DNA of 63,568 nt, counting the filler, from Salisapilia sapeloensis CBS 127946 (taxonomy: Eukaryota > Protista > Oomycota), in NCBI GenBank assembly GCA_023334545.1. It is 6 parts of 6 records of this genome, joined end to end, with 100 filler letters (N's around TTAATTAATTAA, not from the genome) between each part and the next. Parts side by side here need not be neighbours in the genome. Positions count along the whole stretch, not along the records: positions 55,080 to 59,066 come from JAADVB010000703.1; positions 59,167 to 62,463 come from JAADVB010000769.1; positions 62,564 to 63,568 come from JAADVB010001362.1; 3 more parts are not named here. One strand, given 5' to 3'. Below the pieces are notes generated by a model. It had not been told where the DNA came from. It searched no databases and saw nothing but the letters and a program-made list of their open reading frames with translations. Made by a program: the position numbers and the translations under genes. Below are positions 54,980-63,568 of the stretch, piece by piece (the first letter of the stretch is position 1; every line of letters begins with the position of its first letter).

Positions 54980-55079
54980 NNNNNNNNNNNNNNNNNNNNN
55001 NNNNNNNNNNNNNNNNNNNNNNNTTAATTAATTAANNNNNNNNNNNNNNNNNNNNNNNNNNNNNNNNNNNNNNNNNNNN
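54980..55079. other. Artificial contig spacer
   Basis: 100 bp, N44-TTAATTAATTAA-N44. The genes on both sides lack their 5' ends, so the true gap cannot be 100 bp. Confidence 0.97.
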
Positions 55080-56872
55080 ACTATGGGAGGGATGTGAAGC
55101 AGCTTCCTGTTTTCTCCTTCTTGGTTCGCTTCGGCGATCGGTTCCTGCACTACAACTTTGTGTGTGCCCTACTAAACGACCTCTTCGGTGTCCAAACGCG
55201 TGGTGGCTGCCAGTGCGCTGGCCCTTACGCATCCCGTCTATTAGGACTTACCAAAGAAGACTTGGTAAGTATCGAGAACTCTCTTATTGACAAGAAAGAG
55301 ATGCTCCGCCCGGGTTTCTCCCGCGTTTCATTCCCCTATGCCATGACCCAGGCAGACTTGCAATATGTACTCGATGCCATTCACTTTGTCGCGAATGAAG
55401 GCTGGAAGTTCATGCCGTACTACAAATTCAACCATAAAAGTGGTGCTTGGAAACATACGTCGAGGTTTACGAAATTCCCGAACAGAAAATGGCTGTCGAA
55501 CATTGCGACTAGGAAAGAGAGTCGCAATCTCAAAGTAGACGACTTGGAGTCACATCGAAAAGCAAATATGGAGGAAGCACATCGATTAGCGAAAGAGAAT
55601 TTAAAGAGCGTTGGCTCCGTCGCACCCACTGCTGCAGACATGCTGGATGAAGCGTACGAACCGCTGCGTTGGTTTGTGTATCCGTATGAAGCAGTTGCTG
55701 CCATGCAAAAGGGAGAGAAGCCAGCTCTTCAATCTTTGTTAGAAGGACCGTACCAACCACAGCGGTACGTGGATGGAAGCCTTCGACTCCAATGGGAGAG
55801 CACAAGTACAGATGAAAAGCAAACTGAAGTGGACGAGCAAGAGACTATCTCATCACCAACATCCGTATCCGACGTTTCTCATACAAACGCTCCTGTCGCC
55901 ATTCCAGAGAAACTACGACAGCAGTCACTTGACCGACAGGTTGGAGGCAAGTATCCTCTTCGCTCCACAACTGTCGACTATAAGCAACCTCGATCGGAAG
56001 CACCTGTGCAACCAACTGTCTCTACACCTGCACCTCCAATCATTCCAACTGCCAAACTCTTCCCGACGCCTCCGAAGAAACTGATGCGATGGGTCGGTCA
56101 AGCTCTGATGCAGTGGGGTATGATCAAAGACGGTGATCGTCTTCTCTTGGGACTTTCAGGAGGTAAAGACTCGCTGAGTCTCCTCCACGTCTTGCTTGCG
56201 TTCCAAAAGCGTGCTCCGATCAAGTTTGACTTGGCATGTGCGACTGTGGATCCTCAGTCAGCAGGCTTTGATCCATCTCCTCTAAAAGCATACATGAAAG
56301 CGCTAAACATTCCGTACTACTTTTTATCGGACAACATCATGGAGCGAGCGACGTGTGAGATGCAAGGAGACTCTTTCTGTTCCTACTGTGCTCGCATGAA
56401 GCGCGGACTGCTCTACTCCTGCTGTCGAGAGGAAAAGTTTAACAAGCTAGTGCTGGCGCAACACTTGGACGATCTGGCTGAAAGCTTCTTCATGTCTGCC
56501 ATGCACAATGGTCAATTGCGGACGATGAAGGCTGTGTACTGGAATGATGAAAAGGATATTCAAGTGATTCGACCGCTCGCGTATGTGCGTGAAGTGGAGC
56601 TCAAACACTTTGCCACCAAGGAATGTCTGCCCGTGATCAATGAGAATTGCCCTGCGTGCTTTGAAGAGCCGACGGAGCGTCGACGTGTGAAGAAGATGTT
56701 GGCACAGGAAGAAAGCTTGTATCCAGAGATGTACAATTCCTTGCGCCGAGCATTGCTGCCGCTTATGGATGACGACGTCTACAAGCCTTTGGAGGCCGTT
56801 CGATCTCGACTGGAAGAATCCAAACAAGCACGATCGAAGCGTGTCAAGCAGCCCAAGAAAGGAAAGCAGTAG
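55080..56872 (+). CDS. Cysteine desulfurase-like (class V PLP) C-terminal half fused to TtcA-type tRNA 2-thiocytidine synthetase; 5'-truncated
   Basis: LPVFSFL...LHYNFVCALLNDLFGVQTRGGCQCAGPY...KPG-like RPGFSRVSF (SufS/CsdA-like), in frame with KKLMRWVGQAL.....IKDGDRLLLGLSGGKDS, CSYCARMKRGLLY, AQHLDD, VIRPLAYVRE and CPAC, which are colinear with bacterial TtcA. Confidence 0.88.
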
Positions 56873-58891
56873 GAAAGTATTAATAGCAAACTCGTAGGCT
56901 TCGTTCGCGCTTCCGATAATGGCTTGTAGATTTGCTTGGTAGAGCACGACGATAAGAATACCCATGCAAATGGTAGCTTTCGACTACATTCGAATAGCTA
57001 TTTGGTAAGATCTTTCTGGCTAATATGTTGGTGGAAAGATTGGCGATTTTAAATGGCGGTAGGCATTTTTGTACTGAGAACTAAGAGTCGTTTTCCACTG
57101 TGTGTACAGATCCACAAGACTGTATCAACCAAGCCATGTATAAAAGTATCGTGCGTGAACGTGTCAATCGCAGTAGAATCTTGTTCGCAGCTTAAGAGGC
57201 AGCATCCACGCGAATATCTTTATGTTGTGACTGTTGCGTGTAGACTGCTAAAGAATTGATAGAACTTCACGCACATGAGCGTTCTATCACACAACAGTCG
57301 GAGTATAACACTAAGCATATTGTCAATAAATCCACTCAAATATTTAAATGAAGAGTTAGGAGCTATGCGACCTATTTCAAGCTTCTGACTAACTTTCAAA
57401 GATCAAGCTATATGTCCTCTTCTTCTGTCTTCAATTCTATAGCTAGAATTTTTGCCCCATACTACTGTAACCACCAACGTGACATCTAGTTAGATCCGAA
57501 TTCATGTTCGGCAGGAATCAACCTCGGAGTGCTAGATTCAGCAACGCCTAGTAAGCTATACGCCAGACCTTGATAAATGTACTCGGACGTAGGTACTAGT
57601 TAACTACTTCACTGTCCATTATTGTATGTTGCAGTTTTACATATAATATTGATAGACAAACAGAAGCAAGAGTAGCCAAGCGCTTGCTCATCTTTTGCAA
57701 TAAAATGGTGATGGTACGAATCGTAGAGTAGTAGAATATAGTCTCATTTTGTTAGAGCAGTATAAGTTGGTAGCACGCTACAAGAACTGGAGTGTTATGT
57801 GTATGGTAACCCACGGCATCGACGGATAGTAGATACCTTTACAGTCATCTGCGATAGCTGCTTTTCAACGTTTTGTGTCTCAACGACGGTAGGGGTAACA
57901 AGATGCACCAAGCCGAAGGGGAATTAGCTGGCACATTGTTTCGAGCTTTCCCAGGAAACTAAACTTAAAGCATCAGTGATGGTAACTTGGACTACACCCT
58001 GCATCGTCTATTATCTTTTCTTTCCTTTTCTGTATCAAAGAGAACGGTGATGATGAGCAAGATGCTTGATCATCGCAGACGGGAGCGAAGGCAGGATCAG
58101 CTATGGTCGCATGCAGTCCACTGGATGCTTGAAAATGGCATCAACTACCAAAGGCTTTTCTGATTAGTCATTGACTAGATATAATGACTGATGGGTGAAT
58201 ACCTAGCAACCATGAATTCAGAGGGACGATAAGTGATGAAGAAGAGACCAATTGGCAGATGCACAAACTAATCAACCCGTGAGCCTTTCTTTTTTACTTT
58301 TAAGCGATAGACGAGTCTGGCCAAGTGTTAAATGAAGTTAATGGCTGCCTTTCGTTGAATTAGATTGTCTGAACACTTCAATAATCAAGTTATTGAGCTG
58401 ATACTCGTTCGAGAGTAATTGGTCAGGCATAGCAATAAGTAACTGTCTACTTTGCCTTTTGGCATGCGATCAATGTGGCAAGATCTTCATGCTCTCCTTG
58501 GATTTCGTATGAGACAATTTGTCCATAAAGATATTCGGACCAGAATGCTGTCCGGAATAGCAAGAGACGTATCCGCTCAAATGCACCCATGGAAACCGAC
58601 ATTAAGCTTGAAAATGTGTCAAACTGACTGACATGGATACGCGCTCATCTTGTATTACAAGATGCACTGAACAGTGGAAAATGAAAGTATAACAGGAACA
58701 AAATTTGCCTTGGTTGAACGTTCCATTCATTCCTATTTTCTCTCGATTCCGAACAAGTCTTCGCAGCTCGGTCATCCGCGAGATCAAGTTTCAACACTAA
58801 TTGCTTTCCTTTAAATTACTTCGGAGGTTTCAAGAGATAACCAGTAACTTCACCTTCCATCGGATTTCATCAAGACCAACTCTCATTCCGC

Positions 58892-59066
58892 ATGACTGTG
58901 TGCATCAAAATGGCTACGCCTGCACCTTCACCAAAACCAGTAGGGTACGACCCACGCCAAGCCATGCCGCCTCAGGCTGTCGATAATCAAGACTTGTCCG
59001 ATGACGAGAACAACGTGCAAGTGAGCAAGTCAATCGAGACCCTCGACCTCGTGCGAGAGAGTGTCA
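58892..59066 (+). CDS. N-terminal fragment of a hypothetical protein cut by contig edge
   Basis: M(TVCIK)MATPAPSPKPVGYDPRQAMPPQAVDNQDLSDDENNVQVSKSIETLDLVRESV runs open into the spacer and follows a TCATTC Inr-like motif at about 58883. Confidence 0.4.
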
Positions 59067-59166
59067 NNNNNNNNNNNNNNNNNNNNNNNNNNNNNNNNNN
59101 NNNNNNNNNNTTAATTAATTAANNNNNNNNNNNNNNNNNNNNNNNNNNNNNNNNNNNNNNNNNNNN
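59067..59166. other. Artificial contig spacer
   Basis: 100 bp, N44-TTAATTAATTAA-N44. Confidence 0.97.
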
Positions 59167-59307
59167 TGTCATGTATGTTGGTCGTGAAAGTCTAGTAGAC
59201 ACCTTTGTCTTGACTGTGTTTCCATGTCAAGAGGAAGACGAGCACATCCCTCAAAAGTGAATGCTATACACAAAAGTAAGTGAGCAGACACACAAAATAA
59301 CAACAAA
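59167..59307 (+). repeat. Left arm of a perfect 141-bp inverted repeat bounding the contig
   Basis: TGTCATGTATGTTGG...AAATAACAACAAA is the exact reverse complement of 62323-62463, checked base by base. Confidence 0.95.
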
Positions 59308-59357
59308 ACAATAAAAGGCCATTCGTAGGAGCGACGGCGCCAGCATACGACGCTCGT

Positions 59358-59894
59358 ATGGAGGCAAGAAACGAAGCGGAGCCGCTTGTGAAGGACAAAG
59401 AACCAGTAAAGAAAGCTTCAACAGAGAACAAGCGTCGTAGAGGGTCTGAAATCCCACTCAAAGTCCGTGAAGAGTGTGTCGCGAAAGCCCATACACAAGG
59501 CTGGGGATATCGTCGCATTGCACGTGAATTGGAGCTGTCTCCAAACACTGTGAAACTAATTCTTCGACGTGCTCGTGCCCGTGGGTCCGTCCAATCTCAA
59601 GGTCGTTCTGGTCGGCCACGGTGCACGGACGCACAGCTAGACAAGCTACTTCTCCAGCTCGGTCATGAACAGCAGTTGTCTTTACGCCAATTGCAGCAGG
59701 AACTACGCAGTCGGCATGGCATCGAGCTCTCACTTGCTACCATTCGAAACCGTGTAAATGAACAGCGTCGACGTGAACTCGTATTGACGGACCAGTTCGA
59801 CCAGAGTACGCACACGAGTGGCATGCAGCCTACCGTTAGTGATGAGTCCATTCTGTCAGGAGACGTGGCTCTCCCTACCACTTCCATCTCATAG
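59358..59894 (+). CDS. Tc1/mariner-type bipartite HTH DNA-binding protein lacking the DDE catalytic domain
   Basis: GWGYRRIARELELSPNTVKLILRR (HTH1), the GRSGRPR linker, and LSLRQLQQEL...IELSLATIRNRV (HTH2). The frame stops before any DDD/E domain. Confidence 0.75.
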   Translation: MEARNEAEPLVKDKEPVKKASTENKRRRGSEIPLKVREECVAKAHTQGWGYRRIARELELSPNTVKLILRRARARGSVQSQGRSGRPRCTDAQLDKLLLQLGHEQQLSLRQLQQELRSRHGIELSLATIRNRVNEQRRRELVLTDQFDQSTHTSGMQPTVSDESILSGDVALPTTSIS

Positions 59895-59946
59895 TGGATC
59901 AATTATGTACACAAACACGTCTAGTTGCATTTCCAAACAAGCGCAT

Positions 59947-62310
59947 TTATTCTGCAAACTCTGAAATCTGTTGTTGATATCTACGTTTCTTCGCCTTGCG
60001 TCTACGGTCGTTCTCACGCAGCTTGTCTTCTCGCTCCTTTCGCTTCTGCAGCGACCCAGAAGCAGCTGATGTACCTGTGTCACGAACTTTCGTCGACGCA
60101 GGAGGCTCTCGAAGTGCAAAGCTCTTGGCAATATGACCAAAGTGCAGTCCTCGGACGTGGAAGATGTGACGCGTATCGGCCGCATGGGTCGCGTAACTAC
60201 GGACGAACGAGTGGAAGGCTTGACAAGCACTCTCAAAGAGTGCTTCGTCTCCGATTAAAGTCTGTTCAAAGCGGTACTGAAGCTCGCTTTGCACGAGTTC
60301 ATGCAAAAGCATCTTCTGACTCTTCTTGCTATTGGCAGTCGCGAGGAACTGCTTCGTCTGACCTGATGCTGCACGCACAATCGTCTTGTCTAGGCTTAAG
60401 GCATTCATGGATAGACCGTGGCCATGGAGGTGGTCTAAGTACTTGGCCTCAGATGGCATGAGGAAGAGCAGACTGCTTCCTTGTTTTCCGCTTCGAGCTG
60501 TTCGGCCGACGCGATGAACATAGTCCGTCGTCTCGGTAGGAGGATCGTATTGGACGATCCATGAGACTGTCGGAAGATTTAAACCTCTGGCAGCGACATC
60601 CGTACACAAGAGAACGCCGGAGGACGAGGAGGCACAGAAACGACGGAACGTCTGCATGCGTTCCTTCTGCGGGATGTTGCCATGCAGTCTGTACACTTCG
60701 TCTGTCGGGACACCTAGCAGAGCTGGGTGCTTGCCAGCGTCATCACCAGCGATAGGCCAGGAAGTCTTTTGGAAGAGAGCGTGGTGGAAATCAACGGAAT
60801 CACAAGTAGAAAAGAAGACAACAACTTTCGCATGGTCAGACGACGACAGTTCATGTCGGAGGAAGCAAGAGAGAGCACAGAGACGACTGCGTGCAGGTGT
60901 GATGACAAAGTGTTGCTGAAGCTGTGCTGGCGTAGAGAACTGGTCATCTCCACCCTGCTTCTCAGACGTGTCTGCATCAACCCACAGAGGATTGCGTAAA
61001 CTCATATTAGCAAGCTCCTGGATGCCCTTGTTGATGGTCGCGGATACGAGGACGTTCTGTCGGTCTTCACTACTGCCGAGTTTCGTTAGAATCTGCGTGA
61101 TCTGCTTGGCAAAGCCCATGTCGAGCAGTCGATCGGCTTCATCTAGCACCAGGAATTTCAACTTGTGGTACCGGAAGGCTTGTGTAGTCTCGAGATGATC
61201 TGCGAGTCGACCAGGAGTGGCGACGAGGATCGTCAGACCTTTACGCAAACGAGCCTTCTCTGCCTTCTTCTTGTCGCCACCGACGACGGCACCAGGTACG
61301 AGGTATACGAACGGATGTACTAGCTTTTGTGCTGTTTCTAGAATCTGCATGCAGAGCTCTCGTGTCGGAGCGAGGATGAGCGCAAGACATCCGTCTTCTC
61401 GAGTCACTCTCGGTGTAATGGCCTGGAGCTTGGCGATGATCGGAAGGAGATACGCTAGTGTTTTACCTGAACCAGTTTCGCTCTTGACGAGCAAGTCGCG
61501 GCCGTCCAGGACTTTGGGTACGGTCACCACTTGGACTGTCGTAGGTTTCGTAAAACCAAAGCCACCCGATGAAGCGTCTTTCGATAGTAGCTGCTGGAGT
61601 TTAGTAGGGATGTTCATGCTTTCAAATGTCGCAGCGGCATTAAAGATTTTATTGCTCGTGGTGGACGGTAGTGGAGCGTCGAGTGCATTGCCAACGGCGG
61701 ACGATGACACTTGTGTGTACTTTTTAGGATCGTATGAACCCTTGTTTGGGTTCTTTCGCGTACCAGTCATTTTTGTTGGGGCGTCAGTCGAATCAGCTTG
61801 CGTTGTGACTGGCTCTGGTGTCGATTTCTCCATTGGTTTTGCTGGTAGTGTCGTGGTATCGCTTTCGATAGGACTTTGGTGCTGTTGAATTTCTGCTTTA
61901 TTAAGCTGAGTGGGAGGATTGACTGCCGATTCGTTCTCGGACTCTGATGTAGACGAATAGCTTGGTTGGTCTGCTGGCTTCTCGTGGTCATCGGCTTGTT
62001 TCGACTCTACGTGGCTGGTACGTTGCGCCGGCACTTGCTCATCGAATTCAACAGTGCCTACATTTTTCGTCTTTTCTGCTGCAGATACTTCTGTAGAGGT
62101 AGGAGCTTTGCTTGCTGTGGACTCGGCTGGTTTTGATTGCTGGTTCGAGCCATTCGCTTTCGCTCCTGCTTTTTGATTCTTTACTTTGGCTCGTTTTGCA
62201 CGTTGGTTGGCACGGAACTTGTTCACTTTCTTCTTCTTAGCAACCGGAGGTCCAGAACTAGCAGATACCGAGCTCAAATTGAGCGAGAAGCCTCCATCCT
62301 CGTCGGCCAT
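59947..62310 (-). CDS. DBP7: DEAD-box RNA helicase DBP7/DDX31 (60S biogenesis)
   Basis: Q motif FGFTKPTTVQ, SETGSGKTLAY, APTRELC, TPGRL, DEAD, SAT, HGNIPQ.ER, TDVAARGL, YVHRVGRTAR, and C-terminal AFHSFVRSYATH...HFGHIAKSFALRE (DUF4217-like). Confidence 0.93.
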   Translation of the reverse strand: MADEDGGFSLNLSSVSASSGPPVAKKKKVNKFRANQRAKRAKVKNQKAGAKANGSNQQSKPAESTASKAPTSTEVSAAEKTKNVGTVEFDEQVPAQRTSHVESKQADDHEKPADQPSYSSTSESENESAVNPPTQLNKAEIQQHQSPIESDTTTLPAKPMEKSTPEPVTTQADSTDAPTKMTGTRKNPNKGSYDPKKYTQVSSSAVGNALDAPLPSTTSNKIFNAAATFESMNIPTKLQQLLSKDASSGGFGFTKPTTVQVVTVPKVLDGRDLLVKSETGSGKTLAYLLPIIAKLQAITPRVTREDGCLALILAPTRELCMQILETAQKLVHPFVYLVPGAVVGGDKKKAEKARLRKGLTILVATPGRLADHLETTQAFRYHKLKFLVLDEADRLLDMGFAKQITQILTKLGSSEDRQNVLVSATINKGIQELANMSLRNPLWVDADTSEKQGGDDQFSTPAQLQQHFVITPARSRLCALSCFLRHELSSSDHAKVVVFFSTCDSVDFHHALFQKTSWPIAGDDAGKHPALLGVPTDEVYRLHGNIPQKERMQTFRRFCASSSSGVLLCTDVAARGLNLPTVSWIVQYDPPTETTDYVHRVGRTARSGKQGSSLLFLMPSEAKYLDHLHGHGLSMNALSLDKTIVRAASGQTKQFLATANSKKSQKMLLHELVQSELQYRFEQTLIGDEALFESACQAFHSFVRSYATHAADTRHIFHVRGLHFGHIAKSFALREPPASTKVRDTGTSAASGSLQKRKEREDKLRENDRRRKAKKRRYQQQISEFAE

Positions 62311-62322
62311 TGCTTTTGATGA

Positions 62323-62463
62323 TTTGTTGTTATTTTGTGTGTCTGCTCACTTACTTTTGTGTATAGCATTCACTTTTGAGGGATGTGCTCGTCTTCCTCT
62401 TGACATGGAAACACAGTCAAGACAAAGGTGTCTACTAGACTTTCACGACCAACATACATGACA
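62323..62463 (-). repeat. Right arm of the 141-bp inverted repeat
   Basis: Exact reverse complement of 59167-59307; it ends 12 nt upstream of the DBP7 ATG. Confidence 0.95.
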
Positions 62464-62563
62464 NNNNNNNNNNNNNNNNNNNNNNNNNNNNNNNNNNNNN
62501 NNNNNNNTTAATTAATTAANNNNNNNNNNNNNNNNNNNNNNNNNNNNNNNNNNNNNNNNNNNN
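62464..62563. other. Artificial contig spacer
   Basis: 100 bp, N44-TTAATTAATTAA-N44. Confidence 0.97.
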
Positions 62564-63183
62564 ATCCGAAGTACTATGGAGTGAAGAAGTTGCGGACTTT
62601 ATTAGAGCTATTAGAAGATGTTTGTACGATCGTGCCACCTCGGCGAGAGGGTGATACCGAAACGCTCGAATACCCTTTAGCATCCGAAGACGACAATGGA
62701 AATGGTCCGAAGTGTCCTCGTAATTCGTTTTACTGCCGATTTTGCCCTGGAGTCAGCTACGATACACGACAAGAACTTCAGATCCATGAGCGGTCTAAAT
62801 GGCACTATTGGAATATGCAGGCAAAGAAGAAAGGAAATGAGCCTCGAAAATGGACACTGGCGTCGACATTCTGGACTGAGGCATTCGACAGCGTCAGTGG
62901 TGAGCTTTGCTACTACAATAAGCTAACTGGAGAAATATTGCAAAGTGATGATCCCCCTCCTGAAATGGAAGGTGAAGATGTTATGATGGACTTGTTGGAG
63001 GATGACGAGCCAAAAGAACGCGAACAGGATTTGATTGATGAATTTCAAGTGGCAGAAGAAACAATGGATGAAACAGTTCAGTCTGGTAACGGAAGTATCG
63101 ATAGCTTGACTCACGAACTCATGGACGAAAATGCTACAAAAGACGGCAACGTTGTTCAGATTACTAAGAGTGAATACCCTTAA
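62564..63183 (+). CDS. C-terminal fragment of a protein with a C2H2 (matrin-like) zinc finger and WW-like domain; 5'-truncated
   Basis: FYCRFC...ELQIHERSKWH followed by FWTEAFDSVSGELCYYNKLTGE and an acidic tail. No ATG start is visible before the spacer. Confidence 0.65.
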
Positions 63184-63301
63184 ACACAGCAGTTGGACAT
63201 ATCACAATGCATAGCCATTTCCAACTTTGCATACTATCAAGGAGTATAAACTTTGCTGAGTCCACCTTTAATGCTAGTTAAGCATCTTGTTTCCCCTCTT
63301 G

Positions 63302-63568
63302 CTACCATACTAAAGCAGTTTAATCGTCCTGTCGGAGCCGCATCTCAGTCATCTTTAGCCACGATAGCTGCCGGTCACGTTCGCGCTCTTTTAGATCAAG
63401 TTCCATGGAGCTACTTCTCCATATCTACTCAATCATCATATCCCACTCTTCAGAATCGGTGGAAGCGCCTCGCATGAGAGACCCTTCGTCTGAGGATCTC
63501 CGAGACTCAATTATTGGAGTATCATCACTCCATGATGTTAGCTGGGCAAAGGCACTGAGTGAGCCTTC
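63302..63568 (-). pseudogene. Decayed coding relic (copy B), homologous to 1-183
   Basis: Reads ...GASTDSEEWDMMIE*IWRSSSMELDLKERERDRQLSWLKMTEMRLRQDD*TALVW*. Counted 90/123 nt identical to 52-174, with two internal stops. Confidence 0.6.

Noticed and set aside
56290-56700. Calling the PP-loop domain CTU1/Ncs6 (the usual eukaryotic tRNA thiolase)
   Set aside because: It lacks the N- and C-terminal zinc-finger Cys pairs of CTU1/TtuA, and its flanking sequence follows TtcA.
58755-58795. Short minus-strand match (CTTGATCT...GATGACCGAGCTGCGA) to the coding relic at the window ends
   Set aside because: It needs a large deletion to align and the flanks do not match; it cannot be separated from chance.

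Overview
This is eukaryotic nuclear DNA, gene-dense with short (about 50-70 nt) GT-AG introns. It is most likely from a flagellate-stage oomycete or related stramenopile; this is inferred from the gene families, TGATTGG/TCATTC promoter motifs and centriole/cilium genes, not proven. The window is not one contiguous molecule. Five 100-bp artificial spacers (44 N + TTAATTAATTAA + 44 N) join six contigs: 1-30735, 30836-34262, 34363-54979, 55080-59066, 59167-62463 and 62564-63568. Adjacency across spacers should not be trusted. About 30 protein genes are supported, including LKR/SDH (AASS), CEP120, an auxilin-like J protein, eIF2B-epsilon, DPM1, TTLL9, a GLUT-type and a CAT-type transporter, FUN14, peptide deformylase, HOP2 and DBP7/DDX31. 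Features missing from the ORF track are a U1 snRNA, a Tourist/PIF-Harbinger-like MITE with TTA target duplication, and two decayed copies of one unknown coding family at the window ends. Three candidates stand out for new biology. (1) An intronless, membrane-anchored FAAL-ACP-PLP alpha-oxoamine synthase tri-domain enzyme, a possible one-polypeptide, CoA-independent route to sphingoid-like aminoketone lipids. (2) A cysteine-desulfurase-TtcA fusion, a possible self-contained eukaryotic tRNA C32 thiolation system. (3) A 3.3-kb contig bounded by a perfect 141-bp inverted repeat that gives a Tc1-type DNA-binding gene and the DBP7 helicase the same upstream sequence. Other unusual architectures are MYND-CSRNP with a SAP-like insert, RING-Tubby, adenylate kinase-PH, IQ-SAH-PX, HOP2 with an H1-like tail, and a catalytically degenerate UPRT. 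All domain calls come from motif recognition by eye; no database search was run.
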